This document shows, in pieces, positions 37,666-47,540 of a stretch of DNA of 63,199 bases. The notes under the pieces are model-generated. The model was not told where the DNA came from. It searched no databases and saw only the letters and a list, made by a program, of their open reading frames with translations. The position numbers and the translations under genes were made by a program. Position 1 is the stretch's first letter. Every line of letters starts with the position of its first letter. Source of the DNA: a virus (taxonomy: Duplodnaviria > Caudoviricetes); the IMG/VR virus record IMGVR_UViG_3300042484_002353, positions 1 to 63,199 of that record, one strand, 5' to 3'.

Positions 37666-40600
37666 TTAGATAATCACCGCTTCAATTGTTCCGACACCAT
37701 CGTCGTCTTTGTCTTGTAATGCCTTGGCAAATACTGCTACGCCGTAATTGGCGTTTTTGCCCACGCTGGCAGCGTATCCAGGACAGTCACTGGTGACCAA
37801 TAGGTCACCTTTTTGTACCGGACCAATTACATCCACTGGCACACGCCCACGCAAGGCCACTGGTTGTCCAGGATTGGCTGCGTTCATTAGATAAGCCGGA
37901 TCTGTGGATATAACGCCTGCAACCGACACGTCAGCAAACTCTGTGGCCAGCGTAATTTCCGCCGATCCACCAAACACCACAACAGTGCCAGGTCGGTACA
38001 GTGTATCTGAAATATAATTTTCGGCCAAGTCAGCATATTTTGCTTGCACGGATACGCCGTAGATGTTGTTAAACCATGCAGTAGTGGATCCCAGATTATA
38101 GGTCAGGTTGGCGCTGGGTAAAATGTTACCACTGACAGTTAATCCAGTCAGTGTACCCACTGATGTAATATTAGTTTGCGCTGCGGTTGATAATGTACCA
38201 GTTAGTGTTGCACTGGCATTGCCTATTGTGCCAGCATTGACTGTGGTGGCAGTAACAGTGGTGAATCGACCAGTGGCATGGGTGGTTGCACCCACCGTGA
38301 CGTTGTTGATACTTCCACCAGTGATGACAGCGTTGGCCGTATTAATACTGCCTGCATATAAACTATTGGATATATTACCGTAAGTGGCATTCTGCGTGAC
38401 CACAAATTCTGTAGTTTCGTATGTGGTATTATTGATGATGTTTTGCGTACCGTTTACTGTTAAATTGCCAGTGACAGTCAAGTGTCCAGCAGCAGTTGTG
38501 GTCACACTAGCAGTACCAAATCCAGTCAATCCTGTCATTGTGGTGACACTGTTTTGCGTGGCTGTTGATAAGGTACCAGTCAGTGTTGCACTGGCATTGC
38601 CTATTGTGCCAGCATTTACTGTGGTGGCTATCAATGTACCAGTTAACGTAGCTGATGCACCACTGAATACAGCCGATGCATTGCCAATTGTGCCGGCATT
38701 TACTGTCGATGCAATAATAGTACCCGAGCTGGTGACAGCACCAACTGCCAATGACGTCAATGCACCCACACTGGTGATGTTGGTCTGGGCTGCGGTCAAT
38801 ATAGTACCGGCCACACTGGTAAATGTTCCCTTGGTACCGGATACGTTGCCAGCAGATACGTTGCCAGTTACAGACAATGACGCCAATGTACCCACACTGG
38901 TGATGTTGGTCTGAGCTGCTGTGGTTAAAGTACCGCCCACACTACCACTATACACTGGTAAGTACTGGGCCACTTGGATGTTACCGTACCCGCCACCAGC
39001 ACCGCCCAATGCAGTGGCACCGTTGCTCCAGAATACACCATTAGTGGTTATCAAATTGCCCACTGTGACGGTACCAGTTAGGTACGCTGCCACGTTGGTG
39101 TTACTGTATAAAGAGCTGGCAAATGCAGTACCATTGCTCCAGAATACACCATTGGTTGTTATGATATTACCAGATGTGGTGGCACCAGAAACGGTCACTG
39201 TTGATAGCGTACCAACTGATGTGATGTTGGTTTGTGCTGCTGTTGACAATGTACCAGTCAGTGTTGCCCCTGAGTTGCCAATAGTACCAGCATTGACTGT
39301 GCTGGCAATCACTGTGCCTGAGCTGGTGACGGCACCAACTGCCAATGACGTCAATGTACCCAGACTGGTGATGTTGGTCTGGGCCGCTGTTGATAAAGTA
39401 CCAGTTAATACTGCACTGGTGTTACCAATCACTGCTGCATTAATTGTGGCTGCACGAACGGTGCCATTGCTGACAATGCCACCTGCAGTCACGTTGGCCA
39501 ATGTGGTGGCACCGGCGGCTGTTAATGACGTAAATGCCCCTGTAGAGAATGTGCCCTTGGTGGCACTGACGTTGCCAGCACTGACGTTGGCTGTTACCAC
39601 CAGGTTACCACCAGCATATATGTTACCAGCAACACCAACGCCACCGGAAGTACGAATAGCACCAGTTGTTGTGCTGGTGGCCGCAGTGGTGTTAACTGAC
39701 AGAAATTCTCCGCCTTTAAATACGCCGTAGGAGTTGCCTGTAAATACACCAGCAATTTCAATGCCTCGGTCGTAATATTCAAATGCTGTACTGTCGTTGG
39801 CCCATCCAGCAAATGCGTGATAGTCAGCATATCCAGTCTTGTACACATGGAATTTTATTCCCACATCCTTGCCATCATCAATGGTCAATGGAGATAAATC
39901 TGAATTAGTATGCAGGTCAATCATGTTGTCACTGATACGAAAAGTGTCAGTACCAAAACTCAGGTTACCGTTGACTTCCAGGTTACCAGTTACAATTAGA
40001 TTGCCCGACAATGTATGTCGTGTACCACCAGCATTGATGTTGCCCACGATGCCAGCACCACCACCCACCTGCAATGCACCAGTAGTGGTGTTGGTGCTGG
40101 TGGTGGTTGATGATATGGTCGTGGCCCCAGTAACGGCCAGTGTTGAACTCAGTGTAGTGGCACCGCTAACCAGTAATGTTGTGCCAATTCTGGCTGATTT
40201 TACTACAGCTAGACCGCCCTTGGTGATCAATGATGCTGCTGTGAGACTTCCAGCATCAGTGACACTGGCTACCACCAGGTTACCATTGTATACTCCAATG
40301 CCGGCTGCGTATATATTTTGACCTACGCCCAGGCCGCCAGTTATAGTCACTGCACCGTAAGCTGCACTGTTACTACCAGTGGCATTCTGGAATGCCGAAA
40401 TGCCAGCTACGTTACCACCAGTGAAAGCGTTACCTGCTGTGGTAACTGGGGTACCATTGATGTAAATTGTATCAGAACCGTATAGATACACGTTACCAAT
40501 GACTCTGTTGGTCACCTGTAAATTGGCTACTTTGGCCAGTGTGGTATTGGCACCACCGCTGGAAACTGTATCTATACCGGTTTTTAAGTTGCTTAAACTG

Positions 40601-40692
40601 TAATTTACCTTGATAAATGCGTCGCGAATATCGTCGCCTGACCCATCATTGGCTGTGGTGCCTACATTTACTGTTGAAATTGTTACGCTCAT
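37666..40692 (-). CDS. Tail fibre-like protein with C-terminal intramolecular chaperone-like domain
   Basis: gp9/gp10-like N-terminus VGTTANDGSGDDIR.AF.K.N; TGTLSTAAQTNITSVGTL repeats; YADLAENY...GRVPV...KGDLLV C-terminus. Confidence 0.8.
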   Translation of the reverse strand: MSVTISTVNVGTTANDGSGDDIRDAFIKVNYSLSNLKTGIDTVSSGGANTTLAKVANLQVTNRVIGNVYLYGSDTIYINGTPVTTAGNAFTGGNVAGISAFQNATGSNSAAYGAVTITGGLGVGQNIYAAGIGVYNGNLVVASVTDAGSLTAASLITKGGLAVVKSARIGTTLLVSGATTLSSTLAVTGATTISSTTTSTNTTTGALQVGGGAGIVGNINAGGTRHTLSGNLIVTGNLEVNGNLSFGTDTFRISDNMIDLHTNSDLSPLTIDDGKDVGIKFHVYKTGYADYHAFAGWANDSTAFEYYDRGIEIAGVFTGNSYGVFKGGEFLSVNTTAATSTTTGAIRTSGGVGVAGNIYAGGNLVVTANVSAGNVSATKGTFSTGAFTSLTAAGATTLANVTAGGIVSNGTVRAATINAAVIGNTSAVLTGTLSTAAQTNITSLGTLTSLAVGAVTSSGTVIASTVNAGTIGNSGATLTGTLSTAAQTNITSVGTLSTVTVSGATTSGNIITTNGVFWSNGTAFASSLYSNTNVAAYLTGTVTVGNLITTNGVFWSNGATALGGAGGGYGNIQVAQYLPVYSGSVGGTLTTAAQTNITSVGTLASLSVTGNVSAGNVSGTKGTFTSVAGTILTAAQTNITSVGALTSLAVGAVTSSGTIIASTVNAGTIGNASAVFSGASATLTGTLIATTVNAGTIGNASATLTGTLSTATQNSVTTMTGLTGFGTASVTTTAAGHLTVTGNLTVNGTQNIINNTTYETTEFVVTQNATYGNISNSLYAGSINTANAVITGGSINNVTVGATTHATGRFTTVTATTVNAGTIGNASATLTGTLSTAAQTNITSVGTLTGLTVSGNILPSANLTYNLGSTTAWFNNIYGVSVQAKYADLAENYISDTLYRPGTVVVFGGSAEITLATEFADVSVAGVISTDPAYLMNAANPGQPVALRGRVPVDVIGPVQKGDLLVTSDCPGYAASVGKNANYGVAVFAKALQDKDDDGVGTIEAVII

Positions 40693-40750
40693 AGTGCTGG
40701 TTATCCCAATATACAGTATTTAGCTGTTCAGGATAATCAGCACTCTGCTA

Positions 40751-43700
40751 CTAAGTGATTACTAAATTGCCCCAACGCCCCAAATATGCTGAATATGCTT
40801 GAATATTTCCATAAGTGTAATTGTACACCAATTGCCCACTGGCAACTGGCAAAGTTGCTACTTGATCTTGTGATAAGTTGGCTAAATTCACTACATTGGC
40901 CAAGGTAGTAAATCCAGTTATATATAGATTCCCAACAGTCACATTGCCAGCAGCAATGTTGCCAGTGTGGGTTGACAAGTATGTGGCCACATTGGCATTG
41001 GCACCTGTGGCTAAACTATCAATAGCAATGCTCTGTGTTGCAGCATTGGCATATAGAGTAGTGATGTCAGTGGCCTGACTGGCTGCGTTGGCCGACAACG
41101 TTGTGATGTTAGTTGTGGCTGTGCCTAGATTGGCGTCCAGAGTCTGTATCTGACCTGCTTGAGTGGCAGCATTGGCTGTTAATGTATTGATTGATGTTTG
41201 TTGCGTGGCCGCATTACTAAACAATGTTGTGATGTTGGTAGTTGCTGTGCCCAAGTTGGCATCTAATACAGCAATCTGTCCTGCTTGTGTAGCAGCATTG
41301 GCTGATAGACTGTCAATTGATGTCTGTTGTGTTGCTGCATTACCAAACAAGGTGGTAATGTTGGTAGTTGCTGTGCCTAAATTGGCATCCAGAACTGCAA
41401 TCTGACCTGCTTGTGTGGCTGCATTGGCTGACAAACTGTCAATAGATGTTTGTTGTGTGCCTGCATTGGCAGTCAGTGTGTTGATACTGGTGGCTTGTGC
41501 AGCAGCATTTGCGAACAAAGTTGTAATGTTAGTTGTGGCTGTGCCTAAATTGGCATCCAGAACTGCAATCTGACCTGCTTGTGTAGCTGCATTACTGGTC
41601 AAACCATCAATTGATGTTTGTTGAGTAGCAGCATTGGCAAACAATGTGGTGATGTTAGCTGACTGTACAGCAGCATTGGCATACAATGTTGTTATATCTG
41701 CAGACTGACTTGCAGCATTGGCCACAGTACTGAACGTTAGATTGCCATAAGTTTGATATGCACCAAGATTGGCATTGATAGTATTGATACCAGTTACCTG
41801 ACTTGCTGAATTGCTGTTGGCATATATCTGATATGCACCAACGTTCGCACCAATGTATGCCTGCACATTTGAGTCGCCGTAACTGGCCGCACCCACCAGT
41901 CCCACCACTGTACCCTGCAATGATGTTAGTGCTGAGTTAGCATAGGTCTGATAAGCACCCAGGTTGGCATTAATGCTGTTGATGTTGGAGGTGGCTGTGC
42001 CTAAATTGGGCAGGATAGTATTGATGTTGGTGTTGGCATAGATCTGATATGCACCCAAATTGGCATTAATGCTGTTGATGTTGGTGTTGGCAGCAGTCAC
42101 GTTGGTGGTAATATTGCCCAACCAGGTGACCATGACTGAACTGAAATTGGCATTGTTGCTCAGGGCAGAATTAATTTCAATCAAGGTGTCCAAAGCGCCA
42201 GGTGCGCCAGCTACTAGATTGCCAATATTGGCACTGAGTGTTTGTATGGCTGCGTTGGCTGCCGTTATATTGGAATTGATGCTGTCGATGGATACGTTGG
42301 CCAGATTGGTGGCTGTTGTAGTGGCAAAACCTGTGCCAGTTGTAATGGCATTTACGTTGGTAGACAAATTGATAACTGCATTATTTAAGCTGGTGATACT
42401 GCTGGCCTGAGCACCGGCATTGCTGAATAAAGTGGTGATGTTGGTGGTGGCAGTGCCCAAATTGGCATCTATTGTGGCAATACGACTGTTGGCGTAAATC
42501 TCATATGCACCAACATTGGCATTGATGCTGTTCAGCGAGGCAGCTTGAGCGCCAGCATTGCTGAACAGGGTGGTGATGTTGGTGGTGGCAGAGCCTAAAT
42601 TGGCATCTATCGCGGAGATCTGGACATTGGCCGCGGTGATATTGGCACGTAATGCATCAATGGCAGAATCTTGCGCGGCTGCGTTACTGAACAGAGTGGT
42701 AATATTTGTGGTGGCTGTGCCCAGATTAGTGGTGGCTGTGCCCAGATTGGCATCAATGGTGTTAATACGGCTGTTTGCGTAAGTTCCATATGCTCCAACA
42801 TTGGCATTGACACTGTTCAGTGCAGTTGCTTGAGTGGCAGCATTGGTAAACAGCGTTGTAATATTATTGGTAGCTGTGCTTAAATTGGCGTTAACACTGC
42901 TCAGTACGGTGGTTTGAGTGGCGGCATTGTTCAACAAGGTGGTGATGTTGGTGGTGGCTGTGCCTAAATTGGCGTTGATACTGTTCAGTGCAGTGGCTTG
43001 TGTAGCAGCATTGCTCAACAAGGTGGTGATGTTGGTGGTGGCTGTGCCCAGATTGGCATCTAATGTGGCAATACGTGTATTGGCTGCTGTGACATTGGCA
43101 TTGATGCTGGCAATTTTACCTTCCTGCGCGACTGTATTTGCATACAAATCAGTGATGTTGGTGGTAACTGATCCCAGATTGGCATCAATGGTCTGTATAT
43201 GTGTATTGGCTGCTGTGATGTTGGCATTTGTGGCGTTGATACTGGTTGCTTGAGTGACGGCGTTGCTTTGCAGGGCAGTGATGTTGGTGGTGGCCGAGCC
43301 TAAATTGGCATTAATGACGTTGATACTGGTTGCTTGAGTGGCAGCATTGCCCTGCAGACTGGTGATATTGGTGCTGGCAGTGCCTAAATTGGCATCCAGA
43401 GTGGCAATAGCAGCATTGGCTGCTGTGACGTTGGCACGTACCGCAGTGATATTGACGGCACCCAGATTGGCGTCCAGGGTCTGTATTCGTGTATTGGCTG
43501 CTGTGATGTTGGCATTTATCACAGTCACATTGGTCTGCAAATTTCCAGCAGTGATTAACACACTGGAAATATTAGTGGAGGCTGTACCCAAGTTGGCATC
43601 CAGGGTGGCAATACGTGCATTGGCTGCTGTGATGTTGGCATTGACCGGAGTCAAGCCAATATTGGCAGTAACGCTGGCCGTTACATTGGCAGTGATGTTG

Positions 43701-44002
43701 GCTTCTATTGAGGCAACATTGATATTGCTGGCAATGGCAGCATCAGTATAAGCACGGGCAGCGGCATTGGCTGCGGTGGTCATGGTGTTGACGTAGGCAT
43801 TGCTGGCTGCGCCGGTGACATCTGAAACAACCAATCTGACGTTGCCAGTACGCCCAGCCACAGTTCTGACTGGCGCATTGACAGTTATGGAGCCAGCTGT
43901 GATATTGGCAAAGTTTTGATTAATTCTACCAAATGCGGTACGGAGCGGATCACCAGTGCCGTCGCTAGCTGTTGTGCCGATATTTACATTGCTGAATGAC
44001 AT
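40751..44002 (-). CDS. Long coiled-coil fibre protein
   Basis: IGT.ASDGTGDPLRTAF..IN.NF N-terminus; many DANLGTATTNITTL.xNA repeats. Confidence 0.8.
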   Translation of the reverse strand: MSFSNVNIGTTASDGTGDPLRTAFGRINQNFANITAGSITVNAPVRTVAGRTGNVRLVVSDVTGAASNAYVNTMTTAANAAARAYTDAAIASNINVASIEANITANVTASVTANIGLTPVNANITAANARIATLDANLGTASTNISSVLITAGNLQTNVTVINANITAANTRIQTLDANLGAVNITAVRANVTAANAAIATLDANLGTASTNITSLQGNAATQATSINVINANLGSATTNITALQSNAVTQATSINATNANITAANTHIQTIDANLGSVTTNITDLYANTVAQEGKIASINANVTAANTRIATLDANLGTATTNITTLLSNAATQATALNSINANLGTATTNITTLLNNAATQTTVLSSVNANLSTATNNITTLFTNAATQATALNSVNANVGAYGTYANSRINTIDANLGTATTNLGTATTNITTLFSNAAAQDSAIDALRANITAANVQISAIDANLGSATTNITTLFSNAGAQAASLNSINANVGAYEIYANSRIATIDANLGTATTNITTLFSNAGAQASSITSLNNAVINLSTNVNAITTGTGFATTTATNLANVSIDSINSNITAANAAIQTLSANIGNLVAGAPGALDTLIEINSALSNNANFSSVMVTWLGNITTNVTAANTNINSINANLGAYQIYANTNINTILPNLGTATSNINSINANLGAYQTYANSALTSLQGTVVGLVGAASYGDSNVQAYIGANVGAYQIYANSNSASQVTGINTINANLGAYQTYGNLTFSTVANAASQSADITTLYANAAVQSANITTLFANAATQQTSIDGLTSNAATQAGQIAVLDANLGTATTNITTLFANAAAQATSINTLTANAGTQQTSIDSLSANAATQAGQIAVLDANLGTATTNITTLFGNAATQQTSIDSLSANAATQAGQIAVLDANLGTATTNITTLFSNAATQQTSINTLTANAATQAGQIQTLDANLGTATTNITTLSANAASQATDITTLYANAATQSIAIDSLATGANANVATYLSTHTGNIAAGNVTVGNLYITGFTTLANVVNLANLSQDQVATLPVASGQLVYNYTYGNIQAYSAYLGRWGNLVIT
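41040..43640 (-). repeat. Degenerate coding repeats (7/14-aa period) in the fibre gene
   Basis: ANLGTATTNITTL recurs more than 10 times; near-identical 42-aa units around 41070-41600. Confidence 0.8.
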
Positions 44003-44060
44003 AGAAATCTATCCTCGTATGCTGTATTTAGCATGAGGACAGATTTTGAATTATGGTGAT

Positions 44061-44393
44061 TTAATAGGGATTAAAGCTGCTGCCGCATCCGCAACTGGTC
44101 TGGGCATTGGGATTTTTGATACTGAAGCTGGCACCGTATTGATCTTCTCGCCAATCAATTTCGGCACCCTGTAGGTATGTGCTGCTCATGCTGTCAATCA
44201 GCACACGGATAGTACCAAATTCCAAGTCAAAGTCATCTTCTGACTGATCCTCGTCCATGGTAAATCCATAGCTCATGCCTGAGCACCCGCCGCCCTCCAC
44301 GAATACACGCAGTTTCAGTGCAGGATTGTTTTCCTCTGCTATTACGTCTTGTAATTTCAGTATTGCGTTTTCAGTTAGTGTTATCATGTTCAT
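44061..44393 (-). CDS. erpA: A-type Fe-S carrier (ErpA/IscA family)
   Basis: [14 protein letters not shown] and [12 protein letters not shown] motifs. Confidence 0.88.
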   Translation of the reverse strand: MNMITLTENAILKLQDVIAEENNPALKLRVFVEGGGCSGMSYGFTMDEDQSEDDFDLEFGTIRVLIDSMSSTYLQGAEIDWREDQYGASFSIKNPNAQTSCGCGSSFNPY

Positions 44394-44443
44394 GTGGTTG
44401 TCTCGGTTTTAGAAGTATATCGTGGTGTTGATTTCAAGAATTT

Positions 44444-44989
44444 TCATAGTCTTCTGTTGATGGCGTCCCAGTCCATGATGCGCCAGATGTTGTCTACATA
44501 TTTCTTCTTGTTGGTGCCGTAATCTTTCTGATATGCATGTTCCCACCAATCCACCAACAGGGCTATGTCAGTACGTTTGGCGTGATTGTGTATGATCTTG
44601 ATCTGGCCAGCTTTGCTGAGATATATCCAACCTGATCCCTGTATCTTTAATGCCGCCTCACGGAATTTTTCCTTGAAGTCGGAAAAATCCTTGTGATTTC
44701 TATTGATGATGGTCAAAATCTGACCATGTGGTTGTCTAGCACCTGGCGCACGAAATTGACTGAACCAGATGCTGTGCAAGTAGGCTCCGGCTTCATTGAA
44801 GCTTCGATCTCCTTCACCTGAATTGTAACGATCCACATATCCTTTGTATAGCTGTCCAAAGTGCAAGTCCACTGTGGCACCGCTCATGACCGGCTGCAGG
44901 GTAGATCGGGCATAGGGTAACTTTATCTGACTGATGGGTGTGGCGGCCTTGGCCTCCAGTAAATCCAGGGTTTGTCGTATGTCATTCAT
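44444..44989 (-). CDS. Fe/Mn superoxide dismutase
   Basis: LPY..L.P; ligands LHF, LHS and DWWEHAY; GSGW. Start reassigned to MNDIRQ, directly after TAAATA. Confidence 0.88.
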   Translation of the reverse strand: MNDIRQTLDLLEAKAATPISQIKLPYARSTLQPVMSGATVDLHFGQLYKGYVDRYNSGEGDRSFNEAGAYLHSIWFSQFRAPGARQPHGQILTIINRNHKDFSDFKEKFREAALKIQGSGWIYLSKAGQIKIIHNHAKRTDIALLVDWWEHAYQKDYGTNKKKYVDNIWRIMDWDAINRRL

Positions 44990-44993
44990 ACAA

Positions 44994-45212
44994 CTATTTA
45001 TTACGATATACAATACGGCCACGATTGAGATCGTATGGAGACATTTCAATGTCCACGCTGTCACCCAATAATATACGTATGTTATTCTGTCTTAATCTGC
45101 CACTGATGGTGGCAAGTATGATGTGTTTCTCTGTCAACTTCACACGGAACATAGCACCCGGTAGGCATTCGTCGATGATGCCGGTCATTTTGATAATATC
45201 GTCTTTAGCCAA
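44994..45212 (-). CDS. infA: Translation initiation factor IF-1
   Basis: AKDDII...LPGAMFRV...ISGRLR.N.IRIL.GD.V..EMSPYDL.RGRI.YR; TTG start. Confidence 0.93.
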   Translation of the reverse strand: MAKDDIIKMTGIIDECLPGAMFRVKLTEKHIILATISGRLRQNNIRILLGDSVDIEMSPYDLNRGRIVYRNK

Positions 45213-45240
45213 TTGGGTACTAGTTCTCCGTTAAGTATAG

Positions 45241-45867
45241 TTATTTAGCTCTACTTTTAAGTATGCCTAATGAAACACGCCCTGGGGTACGGCCATTCAG
45301 TTTCACAAATACATTTCCTTTATATGAATGGCAGCACTTACACAGGGTTTGGTAGTTTGATGGATCTTCATTGGTGGGATTTTCGTCAATATGATCTACA
45401 TCCAACATACCTTCCCATATAATGTTGGTGGTGCAATCAAAACCCAATCGACCATCAATATTTTCACAATAATCCAAACGATATTGGCGTGAAGGGTGAC
45501 GACTATTTAAATATGCTTGTGCAGACTTAAAGCCATTTTTATGTGCTATAACATCAACAACGTTTTTAACCCAAGGTGCATCATTTTTTGCAGCATAACG
45601 CATGGCAGTATTGTAATCATGACATTCTTGACATATTGGTCGATATAATGGTTCACCAGAAGTCCAATGCCATTCTAATACTATTTTTCGATTTCTGCAA
45701 CCTTTTGTGGTGCATGTTGGATGGTTGTTGATGTCAGAATATCGTGGATGATTGGCTCTGTGAATACCCTGTTGAGTTGCATATTTTCTTGCAGCTCTAT
45801 GACCCATTGAATTCAGTTCTTTAATTGAAAAAATACCATTTTTAGCTTTTGGAAAATATGTAGCCAT
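45241..45867 (-). CDS. HNH endonuclease, probably free-standing homing type
   Basis: LDVDHIDENPTN...NYQTLCKCCHSYK; extra CxxC motifs; visibly more AT-rich than its neighbours. Confidence 0.8.
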   Translation of the reverse strand: MATYFPKAKNGIFSIKELNSMGHRAARKYATQQGIHRANHPRYSDINNHPTCTTKGCRNRKIVLEWHWTSGEPLYRPICQECHDYNTAMRYAAKNDAPWVKNVVDVIAHKNGFKSAQAYLNSRHPSRQYRLDYCENIDGRLGFDCTTNIIWEGMLDVDHIDENPTNEDPSNYQTLCKCCHSYKGNVFVKLNGRTPGRVSLGILKSRAK

Positions 45868-46259
45868 TACCCTCTCCGCATTGTGGAAATTTCTACTGCT
45901 TCTTCGTCTGAAAAAATTGGCACAGCATTTGATTTATGCATGGTACCAATGCCTTTTACTTTGGTACCAGTGTATACTGGTGCCTCAGTCTTTGCAGCAA
46001 TGCCCTGGCCGGAATTCAGGCTGGGCAGAGCTAATGTAGCAGCACCACGAAATTTCATCTGTGGCGGAGTATAATTGGTCTGGGTCAGGCCACGTCGACG
46101 CTGTCGTTCTTCAGCTTCCACGCCCCAACGCTTTTGTAATGCCTTCCAGTCAGCTTCAGCCTGTTCATCACGGGCCTTGTGTTCAGCACTTGCGTATTTA
46201 AACTTGCCTTTTCGCTTGCCCGCAGTACTGAGCCAGGGCCCTTCCAGATGCATGGTCAT
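45867..46259 (-). CDS. Hypothetical phage protein
   Basis: YTG...GIGTMHKSNAVP motif; TTGACC-17-TATAAT at 46283-46311. Confidence 0.65.
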   Translation of the reverse strand: MTMHLEGPWLSTAGKRKGKFKYASAEHKARDEQAEADWKALQKRWGVEAEERQRRRGLTQTNYTPPQMKFRGAATLALPSLNSGQGIAAKTEAPVYTGTKVKGIGTMHKSNAVPIFSDEEAVEISTMRRG

Positions 46260-46293
46260 ACGCAGTCTCCAATGAATAAACGATTATACAATA

Positions 46294-46659
46294 TTATGAA
46301 TTTGGGGTCAATCGGCCTTCGGGATCGTATTGCACAATCTCGAACTCAGGGCCCATGATCATTTCACGTTGATTCAGCACAAAGATATGCTCGGGAAAAC
46401 GCTCACGCAGGACTGCCACGACTTCCTCCCAGGTACGACCCTGGGCCAGGAAATCGTCGGAATCGTTGTCGTACCAGTAGTACATGTCACCATCACGTTC
46501 CTGCTTGACCACGTGGATGATGCGTTCCAGATGCTGACGGAACCGTTGTTCAAAATCCAATTGGTGACGCAGATCACTGTAGAAATTAAAAGCAATTTTT
46601 GCCAGAGTCCAGACGCCGTACACAATCATCACCGTGGACAATACACTTAAAAAATCCAT
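46294..46659 (-). CDS. Hypothetical membrane-anchored protein
   Basis: N-terminal hydrophobic helix. Confidence 0.6.
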   Translation of the reverse strand: MDFLSVLSTVMIVYGVWTLAKIAFNFYSDLRHQLDFEQRFRQHLERIIHVVKQERDGDMYYWYDNDSDDFLAQGRTWEEVVAVLRERFPEHIFVLNQREMIMGPEFEIVQYDPEGRLTPNS

Positions 46660-46668
46660 GTTGCTTCC

Positions 46669-47538
46669 TTAAATGTCGAAACCGACGGTGGGGTCAAACT
46701 CTTCTGCACGATGCTCGTAACCCTTGTAGCCACGTGGGTTACACAGGATGCGTGTCTGACCCACTTGGTAGTCAAATACGTCATGTGTATGCCCGTGGGT
46801 CCAGACTGCAATCTCGGGATAGTCTTCAATGAAGCTGTCCAGATTGCTGCTGTAGGCACCGTTGATGTGGTAATCATCCTGGTACTCAGGCTTGGTGCTC
46901 AGTTTGCTGGGCGCATGATGCCCCACCACAACCACAGGCATTCTGGCGCCGATACGATTGGCGTCCAATTGTTCTTTCAACCAGGCCATGGTCTTGCGAT
47001 GTTCCAACACAGTGAATTCCGGAGTCAGGCGACCCAGATACTTGTTGTCCTCGTCCAGACGCTTGATGCAGCGATAGTCGTTCATGTACTGACGCACAGT
47101 ATTCAGGGTCAGAGGATCATGTCGGTTCATGTCGGTCCACAGGGTTGCACCCAGGAACAACACACCGTCAATGACATGGCTGCTGTTCTGCAGGAACTTG
47201 ACATTGTCTGGCAGGCCTGAACCCAGTTGCTCGTAGGTGCGGTCAAACATGTTGTTGTAGAACTCGTGATTTCCTGCCACGTAGATGACCTCGCGGTACT
47301 TGCCACATTCTTCTTTCATGAAACGGTAGAAACGATCCACACGGCGGTCATCGCGACCACCTTCCATGATCACATGTGTTAAATCGCCCAGGGCTGCTAT
47401 AGCCTCAGGACTCTTGTATAACTCGGGTTTGAGATTTTTACTCTCAAACACGTCACCGGACAGGATCAGGACATCACCGCCAGGCAATGTCAGATCTGCG
47501 AATTCCAGGTGTAGGTCACTAATAACTGATACTCTCAT
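46669..47538 (-). CDS. Calcineurin-like metallophosphoesterase
   Basis: SDLH, GD, GNHE, HH and HGHTH motifs. Confidence 0.9.
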   Translation of the reverse strand: MRVSVISDLHLEFADLTLPGGDVLILSGDVFESKNLKPELYKSPEAIAALGDLTHVIMEGGRDDRRVDRFYRFMKEECGKYREVIYVAGNHEFYNNMFDRTYEQLGSGLPDNVKFLQNSSHVIDGVLFLGATLWTDMNRHDPLTLNTVRQYMNDYRCIKRLDEDNKYLGRLTPEFTVLEHRKTMAWLKEQLDANRIGARMPVVVVGHHAPSKLSTKPEYQDDYHINGAYSSNLDSFIEDYPEIAVWTHGHTHDVFDYQVGQTRILCNPRGYKGYEHRAEEFDPTVGFDI

Positions 47539-47540
47539 GT

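Noticed and set aside
41040-43640. Repeats as a CRISPR array or a DGR template/variable pair
   Set aside because: They are in-frame degenerate coding repeats. No reverse transcriptase is present and I noticed no adenine-specific mismatch pattern.
38108-43751. Long plus-strand ORFs, for example 38921-39730 (269 aa)
   Set aside because: Antisense shadows of Thr/Ala/Asn/Gly-rich fibre genes. They are Val/Leu/Pro-biased with no RBS or motifs.
44990-45064. Track's 25-aa N-terminal extension of SOD
   Set aside because: It overlaps infA, and the TAAATA box just upstream of the ATG at 44989 supports the shorter start.
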